The notes beneath the pieces were generated by a model that was not told the origin of the DNA, searched no databases, and saw nothing but the letters and a program-made list of their open reading frames with translations. This document shows, piece by piece, positions 9,728 through 20,697 of a DNA stretch of 64,000 nt (position 1 is the first letter of the stretch; each line of letters opens with the position of its first letter). The stretch comes from a virus: positions 5,965 to 69,964 of IMG/VR virus record IMGVR_UViG_3300036444_000030; one strand, given 5' to 3'. Made by a program: the position numbers and the translations under genes.

Positions 9728-12700
9728 AAGAGTCGTCGAATTTGCCGTCAAGGCTCGCGATGAATATTCGAAAGTTCTCAGGAATCTCGAGCAGCAGCAG
9801 AAGCGCCTTTCAGCTTCGGCTGCTGCTCAGGGCCGTAGAGCCGTCGTCGGTGTTGCTAAAGGTGAGATCGAGACCGCTGTCGCGAATTACAGGCGTCTCA
9901 ACAGCGAAGTTGATCGTTATCGCGCAGTCCAGGCCAATGCTGCCCGCACGGGCTCGTTGTCTGCGGCGGAAATGCGAGAACTGGGCGACACAATCAAACT
10001 GGTGCGTGACCGTTCTCGTGAAGCCATGGGCGCGTTGCAACAGAAGCGCGCGGCTCTCCAGCAAATCAACGGCGAGGCTCGTGTAGGCTTCGCGAGTTTC
10101 AGCCGGCTTGCGACAGAGATGCAGCGCGGTGCTGTGGCGTCCACGAACGAGAGCGTTTCGCTCGTCAACACCACAGCAGAACTGAACAAGCTAACCACGG
10201 CGTCGAAGAAAGCTGCCGCCGCGCAGGGTTCGCTCGGTGACCGGATGGATTCCGTAGCCAACGCGGGCGGTGGAGCCAAGAAGGGTTCCCGAGCAGGCGG
10301 CGATCCCGAAGATATTTTGGTCTATGGTTTGCGCCCGTGGCAGTTGACGAACCTTGGTTATCAGGTGAACGACGTTGTGTCGGGTCTCGCCATGGGTCAG
10401 GCGCCATTGCAGGTACTGGCACAGCAGGCCGGTCAGTTCGCGCAGATCTGGCCAAACGTCATGGTCAGCGTTGCTCGCTCTATCCCGCAGCTCGCAATGC
10501 TTGGCGTTGTTCTGGCCCCGTTCATCTCTGCGGCGATGCGCCTGAAGGAAGCCGGCGACTCTGTCGAATATTTCCAGAAGAAGCTCGCACTCTCAGCCGA
10601 TGGCTATCGTTACACCGCTGAGGGGCTCACGGAAATCACCGACAAGATCAAGGATATGGGGGTCTCGATCGACGACGCCCGTTCGCTGGTTGCCGGCTTT
10701 GCTTCCGACGGCATTTCCGGTGGCCGGTTCGCAGGTCTCGCGGACCTTGCCAAGAACCTCGATGCTGTGACCGGTGAAGGGGTTGTCGAAGCTGGCAGGA
10801 GGGTTTCCGCCGCGTTCAGAGGCTCGGTTGACGACGTCCGAGCGTTGGATCAGGAACTGAACTTCCTTACTGCTTCGCAATATGAGCAGATCAAGGCGAT
10901 GGATGCGAGCGGAAATCGCGCAGGCGCTTTGGCCATGGCGCAGGATGTCCTTCGCACCAAACTCGAGGGAACGAAGACAGAGGCAAGCGACTGGGCGAAA
11001 GCGATCAATGAGATGCGCGCCGCGTGGGATGAACTTGTCGGTGCGCTTGAGGACAGCGGCATCATTCAATTCGTGACGCGTGAGATTAACTATTTCGGTC
11101 GCGATGTGAAAAACTTCACCCGCGATATCCGAGCCGCGACCAAAGTTGTGCAGGGAGCCTTCGAAGACCAGAGCGTCGGTGACCGTATTTCTGAACTGCG
11201 GCAGGCCATCGCACTGGAAGAGAAGCTTCGGGAGGGAGGCATTTCGACCGGTTCGATGGGTATGACCGGGGTCGATAATCTCGCCGAAATGAAGACGGAG
11301 CTAAACGACCTGCTCGGCCTTCAGCGGGAAATCGCCAAGGTTGAGCGTGAGCGCAATGTCGAAACTGCTGCAATGAGCAGGGAATCGGAAGCACAGCGAA
11401 AGGCTCAGACGGATATCAATGCTGCCGTTGAAAAGGGTCTCGACAGTATGCGCGAGGAGGCCTCTGCGGTTACCCTCACCAACCGTGAGCGCTTTATTGA
11501 AGAAAAGCTGCTGAAGGCGCGCAACGACGCACTGGAACAGGCGAAAAAGCTCAATCAGGAATTCCTCGGCCTCACAAAGGAGCAAACCGAGGCCATCCGC
11601 CAGCAGGCCGGCGCGCTCTATGATGCGCAGAACCGGAACTTCGAGGCGCAGTACACGGCGGAGCGAGGCACGCCGCAAGGCCGGCAGATGGAGGAACTGA
11701 TTGCGGCGACCGTCAAGCTTGCCGAGCAGATGGGCGTCAGCGCGAAAGATTTGCTCACCGCTATGTCCTACGAGACAGGCGGAACCTTCGACCCATGGAA
11801 AGCGGGCCCCACGACGCAGAACGGTCAGCACCGCGGTTTGATCCAGTGGGGTGAACCTCAGGCCGCCAGATATGGAGTGACTGGTGAATCCACAATCTCG
11901 CAGCAGATCGAGGCGGTCGGAAAATATCTGGCAGATGCCGGCGTGAAAGCTGGTGATGGCTTGCTGCAGATTTATGCGGCCATCAATGCGGGCAATGCGA
12001 AAAACATCAATGCCTCGGACGCCAAGAACGGCGGCGCGCCTGGTACAGTCCTCGACAAGGTCTCCGAGCAGATGGGCGGTCACGAGGCGAGGGCGCAAGG
12101 GCTGCTCGCAGCGTATGCGGGAACCGTCGAACACGCGACCAAACTTGCACAGTTTGACAAGGATCGGGCGCTCGATCAGCAGGAGTATCTTACCGATTAT
12201 CAGAAGCGCGTCGAGCAGCAGAAGTTCGAACTCGACCTGATGTCCAAGTCCGCCCGCGAGGCTGCTATTCTCAAAGCCGTTCGTGATGAGGAGAACCGGG
12301 CACGGGAAACTGGACTTCAACTGACGAAAGAGCAACGCGCTGAAACGGAGCGACTGGCTGCGGAAGAATTTGACCGGAGCAACGTCAATCGCGAAGTGAA
12401 CGAACTTCTCGAACAGCGTTCCTTGTTGCTTGAGCGCATGGATCTTGCGCAATCGAGCGGCGACCAATCGCTATTCGCGTCGACGGCTACCGAACTGGAT
12501 AACGTGAACACGAAGCTCAACGAGGCTATCGCCTCCGCCATTGCCTTCTGGCAGGCGATGGGTGGCGAGGGTGCAGCCAACGCTATTAGTCAGTTGCAGA
12601 ACATGCAGATTACGATCGGTCAGTCGACCGATCGCATGAAAACGCAATTCCTCCCAACAGCGGAAGACATTAACGAAAAGCTCGCCGACATTGGTGGCAA

Positions 12701-13259
12701 TGCGTTCAGTGCCTTCGCGCAGGCCATAGCAAACGGTGAAAATGCCGCCGACGCGTTCTTCAACGCGCTGCTGCAAGGAATCTCCGAGTTCCTGATTGAG
12801 ATCGGGAAAGCTATCATCAAACAGGCTCTGTTCAACGCTTTGACTGGAGGGACGTCGTCAGGCGCTGGCGCAGGGGGCGGTATTGGCGGGCTTCTATCAG
12901 GACTCTTCGGCGCCAAGCATAGCGGCGGTATGGTCGGTGCTACGACCCAAACCCGTCGCGTTAACCCGATGGTTTTTGCCGGTGCGCAGCGATATCACGG
13001 CGGGGGTATCGTCACCGACGGCTTACGTCAGGGTGAAGTCCCGATCGTCGCCCTCGAAGGTGAAGAGGTTCTGACCGAGAACGATCCGCGTCATTCTGCG
13101 AATGGCGGCGGCGGTAAAGCCGTCAATCTGAAAGTGGTCAACGCGTTCAATCCTGAAGAGGTGCTGGAAGCTGCGTTGTCCAGCGTTGCGGGGGAACGGA
13201 TATTGACCAACTGGATGACCCGAAATCAGAACAAGGTCAACGGTGCTCTCGGTCGATAG
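9714..13259 (+). CDS. Tape measure protein with internal lysozyme-like domain
   Basis: 1181 aa, Ala-rich helical; NLGYQVNDVVSGLAMGQ motif; AMSYETGG...RGLIQW segment; C-terminal HSGG/YHGGG/GEEVL. Confidence 0.95.
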   Translation: MASRERVVEFAVKARDEYSKVLRNLEQQQKRLSASAAAQGRRAVVGVAKGEIETAVANYRRLNSEVDRYRAVQANAARTGSLSAAEMRELGDTIKLVRDRSREAMGALQQKRAALQQINGEARVGFASFSRLATEMQRGAVASTNESVSLVNTTAELNKLTTASKKAAAAQGSLGDRMDSVANAGGGAKKGSRAGGDPEDILVYGLRPWQLTNLGYQVNDVVSGLAMGQAPLQVLAQQAGQFAQIWPNVMVSVARSIPQLAMLGVVLAPFISAAMRLKEAGDSVEYFQKKLALSADGYRYTAEGLTEITDKIKDMGVSIDDARSLVAGFASDGISGGRFAGLADLAKNLDAVTGEGVVEAGRRVSAAFRGSVDDVRALDQELNFLTASQYEQIKAMDASGNRAGALAMAQDVLRTKLEGTKTEASDWAKAINEMRAAWDELVGALEDSGIIQFVTREINYFGRDVKNFTRDIRAATKVVQGAFEDQSVGDRISELRQAIALEEKLREGGISTGSMGMTGVDNLAEMKTELNDLLGLQREIAKVERERNVETAAMSRESEAQRKAQTDINAAVEKGLDSMREEASAVTLTNRERFIEEKLLKARNDALEQAKKLNQEFLGLTKEQTEAIRQQAGALYDAQNRNFEAQYTAERGTPQGRQMEELIAATVKLAEQMGVSAKDLLTAMSYETGGTFDPWKAGPTTQNGQHRGLIQWGEPQAARYGVTGESTISQQIEAVGKYLADAGVKAGDGLLQIYAAINAGNAKNINASDAKNGGAPGTVLDKVSEQMGGHEARAQGLLAAYAGTVEHATKLAQFDKDRALDQQEYLTDYQKRVEQQKFELDLMSKSAREAAILKAVRDEENRARETGLQLTKEQRAETERLAAEEFDRSNVNREVNELLEQRSLLLERMDLAQSSGDQSLFASTATELDNVNTKLNEAIASAIAFWQAMGGEGAANAISQLQNMQITIGQSTDRMKTQFLPTAEDINEKLADIGGNAFSAFAQAIANGENAADAFFNALLQGISEFLIEIGKAIIKQALFNALTGGTSSGAGAGGGIGGLLSGLFGAKHSGGMVGATTQTRRVNPMVFAGAQRYHGGGIVTDGLRQGEVPIVALEGEEVLTENDPRHSANGGGGKAVNLKVVNAFNPEEVLEAALSSVAGERILTNWMTRNQNKVNGALGR

Positions 13260-13319
13260 TTCGTTGCAAAATTACTCTTAATATGAGAAATTCCCGCCAA
13301 ACGAGGATCGGTTCGACAC

Positions 13320-14621
13320 ATGGCAGTCTTCCTCCCTTTCGTGCCCAACTGGCGTAACGGAATCCGGGATACCTACGAGTTCAAAACGGACGTGTTCACC
13401 ACCCGAAACGGGAGCGAGCAGCGCCGGGCACTTCGCATTCAGCCACGGCGCGCTGTTGAAGCAACCATCCTTCTCGATGGTGAGCGGATGCGCAATTTCG
13501 CCGATGCGGTGAACCGGGCGCGGGACGGCAAGGTCGAGATTGCTGACTTCTCAGCGGAGCCCGCTTTGGTGAAGAGCACCACGGCAGCCGGCGCGACTGT
13601 TCTGTTGATAGAGTCAACACCGCTCTGGCTGGTCAACGACGGAACCTACGTTCTGATGACGGGACGCACGGCGGCCAAGGTGCAGATCGACTTCGTGGAC
13701 AACAACACGGTCGTCCTCGTAAACCCGCTACCCAAGCCGATCGGCGCAGGCGCGTATCTGCTCCCGTATCTACCCGCTCAACTCGCCAACTCGAACACGC
13801 TTTCACTTTACACCAATCAGGTCGCGACGGCTCCGGTCAAGTTTGATGTCGAGCCGGGCTCCGTGGTGCGGACTCCGGACGATCTGCCGTTCGATGAAAG
13901 TGCCGAGGGTGACAGTGTTCAATCCTTCGGGCCAGCAGCCATCCTGTTCGGCCGCTACGTCCTCCTGCGCAAGCCGAATTATCTCAATCGACCGCAGGTG
14001 CAGTTCAATCTCAAATTCGAGACCGTTGATTATTCGCGCGGTGTCGTAAAAACCTTCACGCCTGTTCCGCTTGTCTCCCGAACGCTGACCGCCACCTACA
14101 TGGCGATGAGCCGTGCGGATGCGATGGCTATTCTGGACATCTTCGTGCGATGCAAGGGGAGGGCGGGTGAGATTTACGTTCCGACGTGGGGAAGTGATTT
14201 CCCTGCCGCCATGAATGTGGCGGACAAGGTGATCCAGTTCGCAGGGACGGATTTCTTTGACACCTACAACGAAGACCGCGCGCACGCGGCGGTTTTGATC
14301 CGGACACGCTCCGGGCAGCTTCTGCCTCGCGAGATTACCTTGATGGCGACGAGCGGCGGAAACACCTTCGTCGAGTTCCATGAGGATATCGGCGTTGCCG
14401 CCTCGGAGATCGAGCAGATTTCGTGGATGTTCGTCTCCCGATTCGCGCAGGACAGCCTCACGATCGAATGGGTGACGAACACGGTGGCAAACATCAGCCT
14501 CTCGTTTGTCACGCTCGAAAACCTGGCAGCCGAAAGCTCCTACGGCAGCAACTGGATTTTGGCGACGGGTTATTGGCGAGATCGCGGGCAGTGGGTCGAC
14601 TCCGCAGTGTGGGAGGACTGA
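13320..14621 (+). CDS. Distal tail / tail-tip protein
   Basis: PNW...EFKTDV...GSEQRRALR N-terminus; follows the tape measure gene. Confidence 0.75.
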   Translation: MAVFLPFVPNWRNGIRDTYEFKTDVFTTRNGSEQRRALRIQPRRAVEATILLDGERMRNFADAVNRARDGKVEIADFSAEPALVKSTTAAGATVLLIESTPLWLVNDGTYVLMTGRTAAKVQIDFVDNNTVVLVNPLPKPIGAGAYLLPYLPAQLANSNTLSLYTNQVATAPVKFDVEPGSVVRTPDDLPFDESAEGDSVQSFGPAAILFGRYVLLRKPNYLNRPQVQFNLKFETVDYSRGVVKTFTPVPLVSRTLTATYMAMSRADAMAILDIFVRCKGRAGEIYVPTWGSDFPAAMNVADKVIQFAGTDFFDTYNEDRAHAAVLIRTRSGQLLPREITLMATSGGNTFVEFHEDIGVAASEIEQISWMFVSRFAQDSLTIEWVTNTVANISLSFVTLENLAAESSYGSNWILATGYWRDRGQWVDSAVWED

Positions 14622-14622
14622 G

Positions 14623-16944
14623 ATGCCTATCGGTCCTGTCGATCTCATCAAGAATGGCGAATCCGGCGCCAGCGTTCGCTCAAAACTCAATCTTCTGTTA
14701 CAGGGAGCGATCGACGGTTCCCTCGGCTCCGTCACGCCCGAAGATCTTGATGCACTGGTCGACACGATCGCGCCGGCACGTCCGAAAGACTTCAAACTTG
14801 ATTCGACGCTGGTGCCATCCAATCTGGTGATCGGAACGTGGGCTCCTTCGCTCGAGGATGATTTTGCATACTACGAGCTGCAATTGAAGCAGGGTCTCGG
14901 AAGCTGGATCGGTTACCAGACCAGTTCGACCATGTATCAGGTTCCAATGATACCAAACACGGTCTACACCGGCCGCGTTTATGCGATCGACAAGTCAGGA
15001 AACAAGTCTGAGCCGAGCGTCGAATTCACACACACCACCGTGGCAGACGAGATTCCGCCTGCGATGCCTGTAGGCCTCACGGCTACGGGTGGCATCAATT
15101 CCACTTGGTTGAAGTGGGGGGCCAGCACCGAAAGCGACTTTGCCAGATATGACCTCTTCGAGGCGTTGGAGGAATTTCCTGCTCCAACGGAAGTCTCTAT
15201 TCCTTCATTCACGTCTCAAACAAACGCTTTCGTCATTGGCGGTCAGGATCCGGAGGTGACGCGCTGGTATTGGGTGCGTGCTGTCGACACGTCAGGAAAC
15301 GCATCTCCATGGTCAGCGCCGGCTTCGGCGACGACTACTGAAGTCAGAAGCGAAGTCAAAGCAACTTTGGTGGGCATCCTCTTCAAGCCGGGTGATCCAC
15401 CCAACGGAAACCGGCTTACGTGGACAGCAGGTCAGATCAGCTTTGGCACCGATGGCAGCATTCCTGTTACGAAAAACATCCCTGCCGGCTATGTCGATTT
15501 CAGCGGCGCGACCGTCTACGTCTATTACATCCTCGATGACAATAAGTTTTCGGTCACCACGTCACTCGTGACGATGTACGCACAGGATTCAATCCTCATC
15601 GGCGTCTATCAGGGTGAAACCGACTATCAGGCCGTCGAAGGCAAAGCGTTCATCGATGGCGGCACGATCCTGGCACAGACGATTGGTGCAAACCAGCTAG
15701 TTGCCAATCAGGCCGTCATTACCGGCGCGGCACAGATAGCTGAAGCAATCATCGAAAACGCCCATATCGTGGAATTGAGCGCAGCAAAGCTGATGGCGAA
15801 CACTGCCTTGGCAGGCTCGATTACGGTCAGCGGGCACGCGCTCGGCGACGTGGCGGGTTACGCGAACGATCCTGCCGGCCGCATCAATCAGGCACTGACA
15901 CAAATTGACCCCGGCAAGATCCTGATCGCTGGCGGAACTTCGCTCGCGGACTGGCGCTCAGGCGGCGACAATACCAAAATCAACGGCGGCAACATCGCCA
16001 CCAACTCGGTACGCGCAAACGTGCTCGAGATCGGAGCCAGAGGGGTAACGGCAACTGGGATCGCATTCTCAGGAAACACGCCGACATCCAACCGTGTCAG
16101 TTGGACCGCTGGAACTATTACATATCTGGACGACGCCGGAGCTACGGTTGAGGTTGCTGTGTCGGAGAACCCCATCGGGGCGATGTGGACCGACGCGACG
16201 ATTTACATCTACTGGGCGAAAGGCGCGTCTTCCCTATCGTCGACAACGTTACCCTCCACCGCTTTCGCCTCGAACAACATCGTTCTCGCCACGTATAAGG
16301 GTGGTCTTAACCTGAGCACCGACTATGGGCGAACCATCATCGACGGGCAAGGGATCAAGACCGGAACGGTTGGTGCCGACCAGATCGCAGCCAATGCGAT
16401 CCGCGCGCAGCATATTGCTGCCGACGCTATTCAGGCAGGTCATCTCCAGGCAGGCATCATCTCCACGGATAAACTTGCTGCAGGTTCCGTCACCGCCGCA
16501 AAGATGAGCGTCGGTTCTCTTTCGGCCATCTCTGCCATTTTGGGCTACGTCGACATTGGTGACGCGAACATAACCAGGTTGGTGGTTCAAGAGCACAACA
16601 TTGCAACTGGTGCAATCACTGCAGTCGCGGCCGGGGTAGATGTCGTGGATCTCACCCACGGGCTGAATTCGCCGACGGTGAGAATAGACACAGGCCTTGT
16701 GGTGCGAACTGATTCAAATTCCACGAACTACACGAGTTACGAATTTTGGATCGATAGCGATGGAGCCCGCGTCGAGCAATTCCGTATTCAGAACATCGGA
16801 GGAACGACCGTTCCCGCATCAAGAACGTACCTCTACACCCCTCCTGCAGGTCGCTCAACAACGCGCTTTAGGTTCGCGGCATCAGATACATCGGGGGTTA
16901 CTGTTTTCTCTAAAACGATTGTCGCACAAGCGTTCAAGAAATGA
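14623..16944 (+). CDS. Tail fibre protein with fibronectin-III-like domains
   Basis: RBS GAGGA before MPIGP; VYAIDKSGNKS and VRAVDTSGNAS repeats; I-A-A-x-A-I fibre repeats. Confidence 0.75.
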   Translation: MPIGPVDLIKNGESGASVRSKLNLLLQGAIDGSLGSVTPEDLDALVDTIAPARPKDFKLDSTLVPSNLVIGTWAPSLEDDFAYYELQLKQGLGSWIGYQTSSTMYQVPMIPNTVYTGRVYAIDKSGNKSEPSVEFTHTTVADEIPPAMPVGLTATGGINSTWLKWGASTESDFARYDLFEALEEFPAPTEVSIPSFTSQTNAFVIGGQDPEVTRWYWVRAVDTSGNASPWSAPASATTTEVRSEVKATLVGILFKPGDPPNGNRLTWTAGQISFGTDGSIPVTKNIPAGYVDFSGATVYVYYILDDNKFSVTTSLVTMYAQDSILIGVYQGETDYQAVEGKAFIDGGTILAQTIGANQLVANQAVITGAAQIAEAIIENAHIVELSAAKLMANTALAGSITVSGHALGDVAGYANDPAGRINQALTQIDPGKILIAGGTSLADWRSGGDNTKINGGNIATNSVRANVLEIGARGVTATGIAFSGNTPTSNRVSWTAGTITYLDDAGATVEVAVSENPIGAMWTDATIYIYWAKGASSLSSTTLPSTAFASNNIVLATYKGGLNLSTDYGRTIIDGQGIKTGTVGADQIAANAIRAQHIAADAIQAGHLQAGIISTDKLAAGSVTAAKMSVGSLSAISAILGYVDIGDANITRLVVQEHNIATGAITAVAAGVDVVDLTHGLNSPTVRIDTGLVVRTDSNSTNYTSYEFWIDSDGARVEQFRIQNIGGTTVPASRTYLYTPPAGRSTTRFRFAASDTSGVTVFSKTIVAQAFKK

Positions 16945-16959
16945 GAGCTAGGTCATTCG

Positions 16960-17853
16960 ATGTCATTTAATCAACGAGAGAACAGCCGATATAGCGGCAC
17001 ACCGGTCTCCCTCTATCTCATCCAGGGTGCTGAAAACTCCGCTGAGAGCGGGATGATCGGCCCTTACGGTTTCAACAATGGTGAAACGATCATCAACCGG
17101 AAGATCGGCGTAAACGATCTCGGTCAGGATATCATTCTCCCGTTCTACCCTTGGCCGATCAAAAACAGCGCGATCACCCATGACGGCACGCTGGACAAAT
17201 CAGATGTCACGATCTCCATGTCACTCGGCAGCGAAATCGACCAGTTGTTTCTGGCATATCCCCCGTCGCAGGTGGTCAACCTGACGATTTTCGAGGGGCA
17301 CGTAGGCGATCCCGTGACCGAAGAAAACTACCCGGCTCTTTGGCTTGGTCGCATCCTCGGTAGCACCTACAAGAAGAACGAGATCGAACTTTCCTGCCAG
17401 CCCGTCTCAACCTCGTTGAAGCGACCGGGGCTCCGTCGAAATTATCAGATCGGCTGCCCTCATGTCCTCTACGGTTCGCAGTGCCGAGCGAGTCGCGCAA
17501 CCGCCACGGTCACCCGCTCGGTAACAAACGTGACTCGCAACCAGGTCATGGTCGATGCGTGGTTGGGTGCCCAGTTTGGACTTTACATCGGCGGGCTGCT
17601 GGAATGGACGAACTCGGATACCGGCGTTCGAGAACTGCGCACCATTGCGAACGTGATTAACGACAGCGGGACCAGTGTAATCATCGTTCGTGGCATTGCC
17701 CGAGGGCTCGCTGTCGGAACCCAACTCTCTGTCATCAGGGGATGCAATCGGCAAATGAGCGGGTGCAATCAGCACAACAATATTCATAACTATGGCGGCC
17801 AACCATTCATTCCGCTTGAAAATCCGCTTTCCTCCAAGAACCAGTTCTACTAG
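16960..17853 (+). CDS. Tail hub protein (DUF2163/BR0599 family)
   Basis: CPHVLYGSQC and GCNRQMSGC...NNIHNYGGQPFIP Cys motifs. Confidence 0.88.
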   Translation: MSFNQRENSRYSGTPVSLYLIQGAENSAESGMIGPYGFNNGETIINRKIGVNDLGQDIILPFYPWPIKNSAITHDGTLDKSDVTISMSLGSEIDQLFLAYPPSQVVNLTIFEGHVGDPVTEENYPALWLGRILGSTYKKNEIELSCQPVSTSLKRPGLRRNYQIGCPHVLYGSQCRASRATATVTRSVTNVTRNQVMVDAWLGAQFGLYIGGLLEWTNSDTGVRELRTIANVINDSGTSVIIVRGIARGLAVGTQLSVIRGCNRQMSGCNQHNNIHNYGGQPFIPLENPLSSKNQFY

Positions 17854-17891
17854 AATTGCTCACTAAACGTGAAACGCGCGAAAAGTGAGCC

Positions 17892-18131
17892 ATGCCCCTT
17901 CCTTTCCTGGCATCATTTCTGGTCCAGCTTCTCATCGGCGTAGGCTCGATGGTGATCGGCTACCTGATGATGCCGAAAGCTGCCACCTCGCAACCTGATG
18001 AACTTCGGGACATGGATGAGCCGACGGCCGAAAGCCGTCCCATACCTGTGGTGTTCGGTGAACTTGATGTCGCCCCTAACGTGCTGTGGTGGGGCGATAA
18101 GGCGACGACCAGCAGAAAGGTCTCAGCTTGA
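17892..18131 (+). CDS. Small tail assembly protein
   Basis: PTAESRPIPVVFGE...PNVLWWGD motif. Confidence 0.8.
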   Translation: MPLPFLASFLVQLLIGVGSMVIGYLMMPKAATSQPDELRDMDEPTAESRPIPVVFGELDVAPNVLWWGDKATTSRKVSA

Positions 18132-18331
18132 GCGAGTCGGACCCCATCGTCACGATTAGCGACATGCGACCCTTCTTCTGCGTGAAAGGGGTTCGCAAGG
18201 CGTTCGTGACGGGCGGCGGCGATTTCGAGCACTTCCTGAAAAATGGCATGCCGGCATCACAACTGCGCGGTAAAGGTTTCGACGCTCAGCTTGATCGCGT
18301 GCTCGACGCCATCCGAGCGAGGTCGTCCTGA
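18128..18331 (+). CDS. Small tail assembly protein
   Basis: FCVKGVRKAF...FLKNG motif; coupled to both neighbours. Confidence 0.75.
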   Translation: MSESDPIVTISDMRPFFCVKGVRKAFVTGGGDFEHFLKNGMPASQLRGKGFDAQLDRVLDAIRARSS

Positions 18332-20697
18332 TGGGAATGGGCGGCAAGGGCGAAGGTAAAGTTGAAATCTTCGAATACACCATGGGCCTCCACATGGGTA
18401 TTTGCGCCTATGGTGACGGCCTGACACTGGTCGCCGCAAAATACAACGACAAGGAAATCTGGCGCGGCGGACTGGTTGACGAGGGTACAGTGCCGGTGAA
18501 CCGGCCCGATCTTTTCGGGGATGTGAAAAAAGAGGGCGGCGTCAAAGGCCTTTTATGGTGGCTGCCCGGCAAAGCGACTCAGGTCATGCCGGAGTCGCTG
18601 GCAGCGCGTCTCGGGTTAACGAGCGCGACATGCCCCGGTTTCCGCGGGCTCGCCAGCGTCTTTCTTACCGGTATCGCTGATGTATGGGAAGGCGCTTATC
18701 AAGGGCTTGTCAACGCGTTGAACAATCAGCCGTCGGCATTCAAACGCGGCTTCTATCTGGCGGCAAATAACCCGTATCTGCGTGCCTTTTCTTTCCGTGT
18801 CCGTCGCGCTCCGATCGGTCTCAATCCGGCCCTCGCATTGATCCAGGTCGACAATGATTCCCTTGGAAATCCCCAGTTTGCCGCCAATCCAGCTCACATC
18901 ATTTACGAATGCCTGACGAATCAGGACTGGGGAATGGGCGAGTCGCCTGGCGTTATCGACAAGCCGTCTTTCGAGGCAGCCGCCCAACTTTTTCACAATG
19001 AAAAGCTCGGCATGAGTTTGATCTGGACGCGTCAGAGCGAGATCGAAAAATTCATCGGCGAGGTCTGCAACCATGTTCAGGCCGCAGTGTTCGTGAAGCC
19101 CTCGACCGGCAAGCATACCATCAAGGCGCTTCGCGGCGACTACGATGTCGACTTGCTGCCTGTGATTGACCCGAGCAACGCCGATCTTTCCAGTTTTGCC
19201 CGCAAGGCATGGGGCGAACTGGCGAACGAGATCGTCGTCACGATGACGAACGCCGAAACTGGAAAGACTGAAACGATTACCGTTCAGGATCTTGCCGGCA
19301 TCGCAGCAGAAGGCGGAATCGTAAGTTCATCGAGAAACTACTACGGTTTCACCTCGAGAACGGCGGCGCAGTATGTGGCCGAGCGTGACCTTGCTGCGTC
19401 TGTGAATCCGATCGCCACATGTCAGGCTCAGGTGACGCGGCAGTTTTGGGACTCGGTCAGCAGTGACGTGGTGGTTTTGTCGTGGCCCGAATACGACATC
19501 GAGCGGATCGTCTTCCGGGTTTCCGAGGTCCAGAAAGACAGTAACGTCGTTACGCTCGATCTTTACGAAGACATCTTCGGTCTCGATCTTGCCAGCTACC
19601 TTGAGTCTGACGACACGGCTTGGGTAAACCCGTCGCAACCGCCGACACCTGCTTCCTACTACCAGATCGGCACGGCTCCAGCGTTCATGGCCGCCGCCGC
19701 ACTGAAACTCAACGATCCTTCCGAACTGGAATATCCGGAGGCGCTCGCCGCCGTCACGGTCGGTGCCGACAGCGATGATGACGTGAACTACGATCTTGTG
19801 ACCTACGTCACGGACGTGAACGGCACGACCAAACGTTCATCGATCGGCACCCGGCCGTTCTTCGGCACTTTTGCGCTCACCACTCCGCTCGTTGCCGAGT
19901 CGCAAAGCCAGTTGACCTCGTTGCCGGGATTGCGCGGCGGCGTTCCATCGGCTGGCGATTTTATTCTCATTGGGACCGGGAACGACGAATACACGGAAAT
20001 CTGCACGGTTCAGACTGCGGACGCGCTCGGATATCTCTTGAACCGTGGAATGCTCGATACCATCCCGAAGGCGTGGCCTGTCGGAACACGCTGCTTCATC
20101 ATTCCGGCCGACTCCATCATGGTCGACCCGACTGTGAGATCGGTGTTCGAGAGCACGGCCTACTGGCTGCTGACCAGAACGACAGCCGGCGCTCTTCCGC
20201 TGGCGGATGCTCCGCAGTTGAATATCTCGATCACACCGCGCCCGTATCGCCCCAACCGGCCTGCCAACGTCAAGATCAACGGTGTGGGTTTCGGCGCGGT
20301 CGATGCGCGAGCCGCATCCGAGTTGTCGGTAACCTGGTCGAACCGTAACCGTATTCTTGAGTCGACGCAGGCTCTGAAATGGAACGAGGCTGACGTTGGC
20401 GGCGAAGACGGTCAGACGACGCGCATCGATGTTCGAACGACGACCGGAACTCTGATCGTCAGCTATCCCGGTTTGACGGGCAACAGTTTCTCCATTCCGC
20501 TCAGCGAACTCGGCACAAACGTCAACTCGACGATCACAGTATCGGCCGAGCGTGACGGATATCGTTCCCTCCAGGCACACACGCTGGCGGTTCAAATCAC
20601 ACCTCGCGATGCGATCATATTGTCCGGTGACGAGAGCGGCTATCTCCGCCTGTCGGGCGACGAGAGCGGACGCATTCTACTTTCAGGAGACGCCTGA
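18331..20697 (+). CDS. Central tail fibre / tip attachment protein (gpJ-like)
   Basis: NPAHIIYECLTNQDWGMG motif; LSGD repeats at the C-terminus. Confidence 0.88.
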   Translation: MGMGGKGEGKVEIFEYTMGLHMGICAYGDGLTLVAAKYNDKEIWRGGLVDEGTVPVNRPDLFGDVKKEGGVKGLLWWLPGKATQVMPESLAARLGLTSATCPGFRGLASVFLTGIADVWEGAYQGLVNALNNQPSAFKRGFYLAANNPYLRAFSFRVRRAPIGLNPALALIQVDNDSLGNPQFAANPAHIIYECLTNQDWGMGESPGVIDKPSFEAAAQLFHNEKLGMSLIWTRQSEIEKFIGEVCNHVQAAVFVKPSTGKHTIKALRGDYDVDLLPVIDPSNADLSSFARKAWGELANEIVVTMTNAETGKTETITVQDLAGIAAEGGIVSSSRNYYGFTSRTAAQYVAERDLAASVNPIATCQAQVTRQFWDSVSSDVVVLSWPEYDIERIVFRVSEVQKDSNVVTLDLYEDIFGLDLASYLESDDTAWVNPSQPPTPASYYQIGTAPAFMAAAALKLNDPSELEYPEALAAVTVGADSDDDVNYDLVTYVTDVNGTTKRSSIGTRPFFGTFALTTPLVAESQSQLTSLPGLRGGVPSAGDFILIGTGNDEYTEICTVQTADALGYLLNRGMLDTIPKAWPVGTRCFIIPADSIMVDPTVRSVFESTAYWLLTRTTAGALPLADAPQLNISITPRPYRPNRPANVKINGVGFGAVDARAASELSVTWSNRNRILESTQALKWNEADVGGEDGQTTRIDVRTTTGTLIVSYPGLTGNSFSIPLSELGTNVNSTITVSAERDGYRSLQAHTLAVQITPRDAIILSGDESGYLRLSGDESGRILLSGDA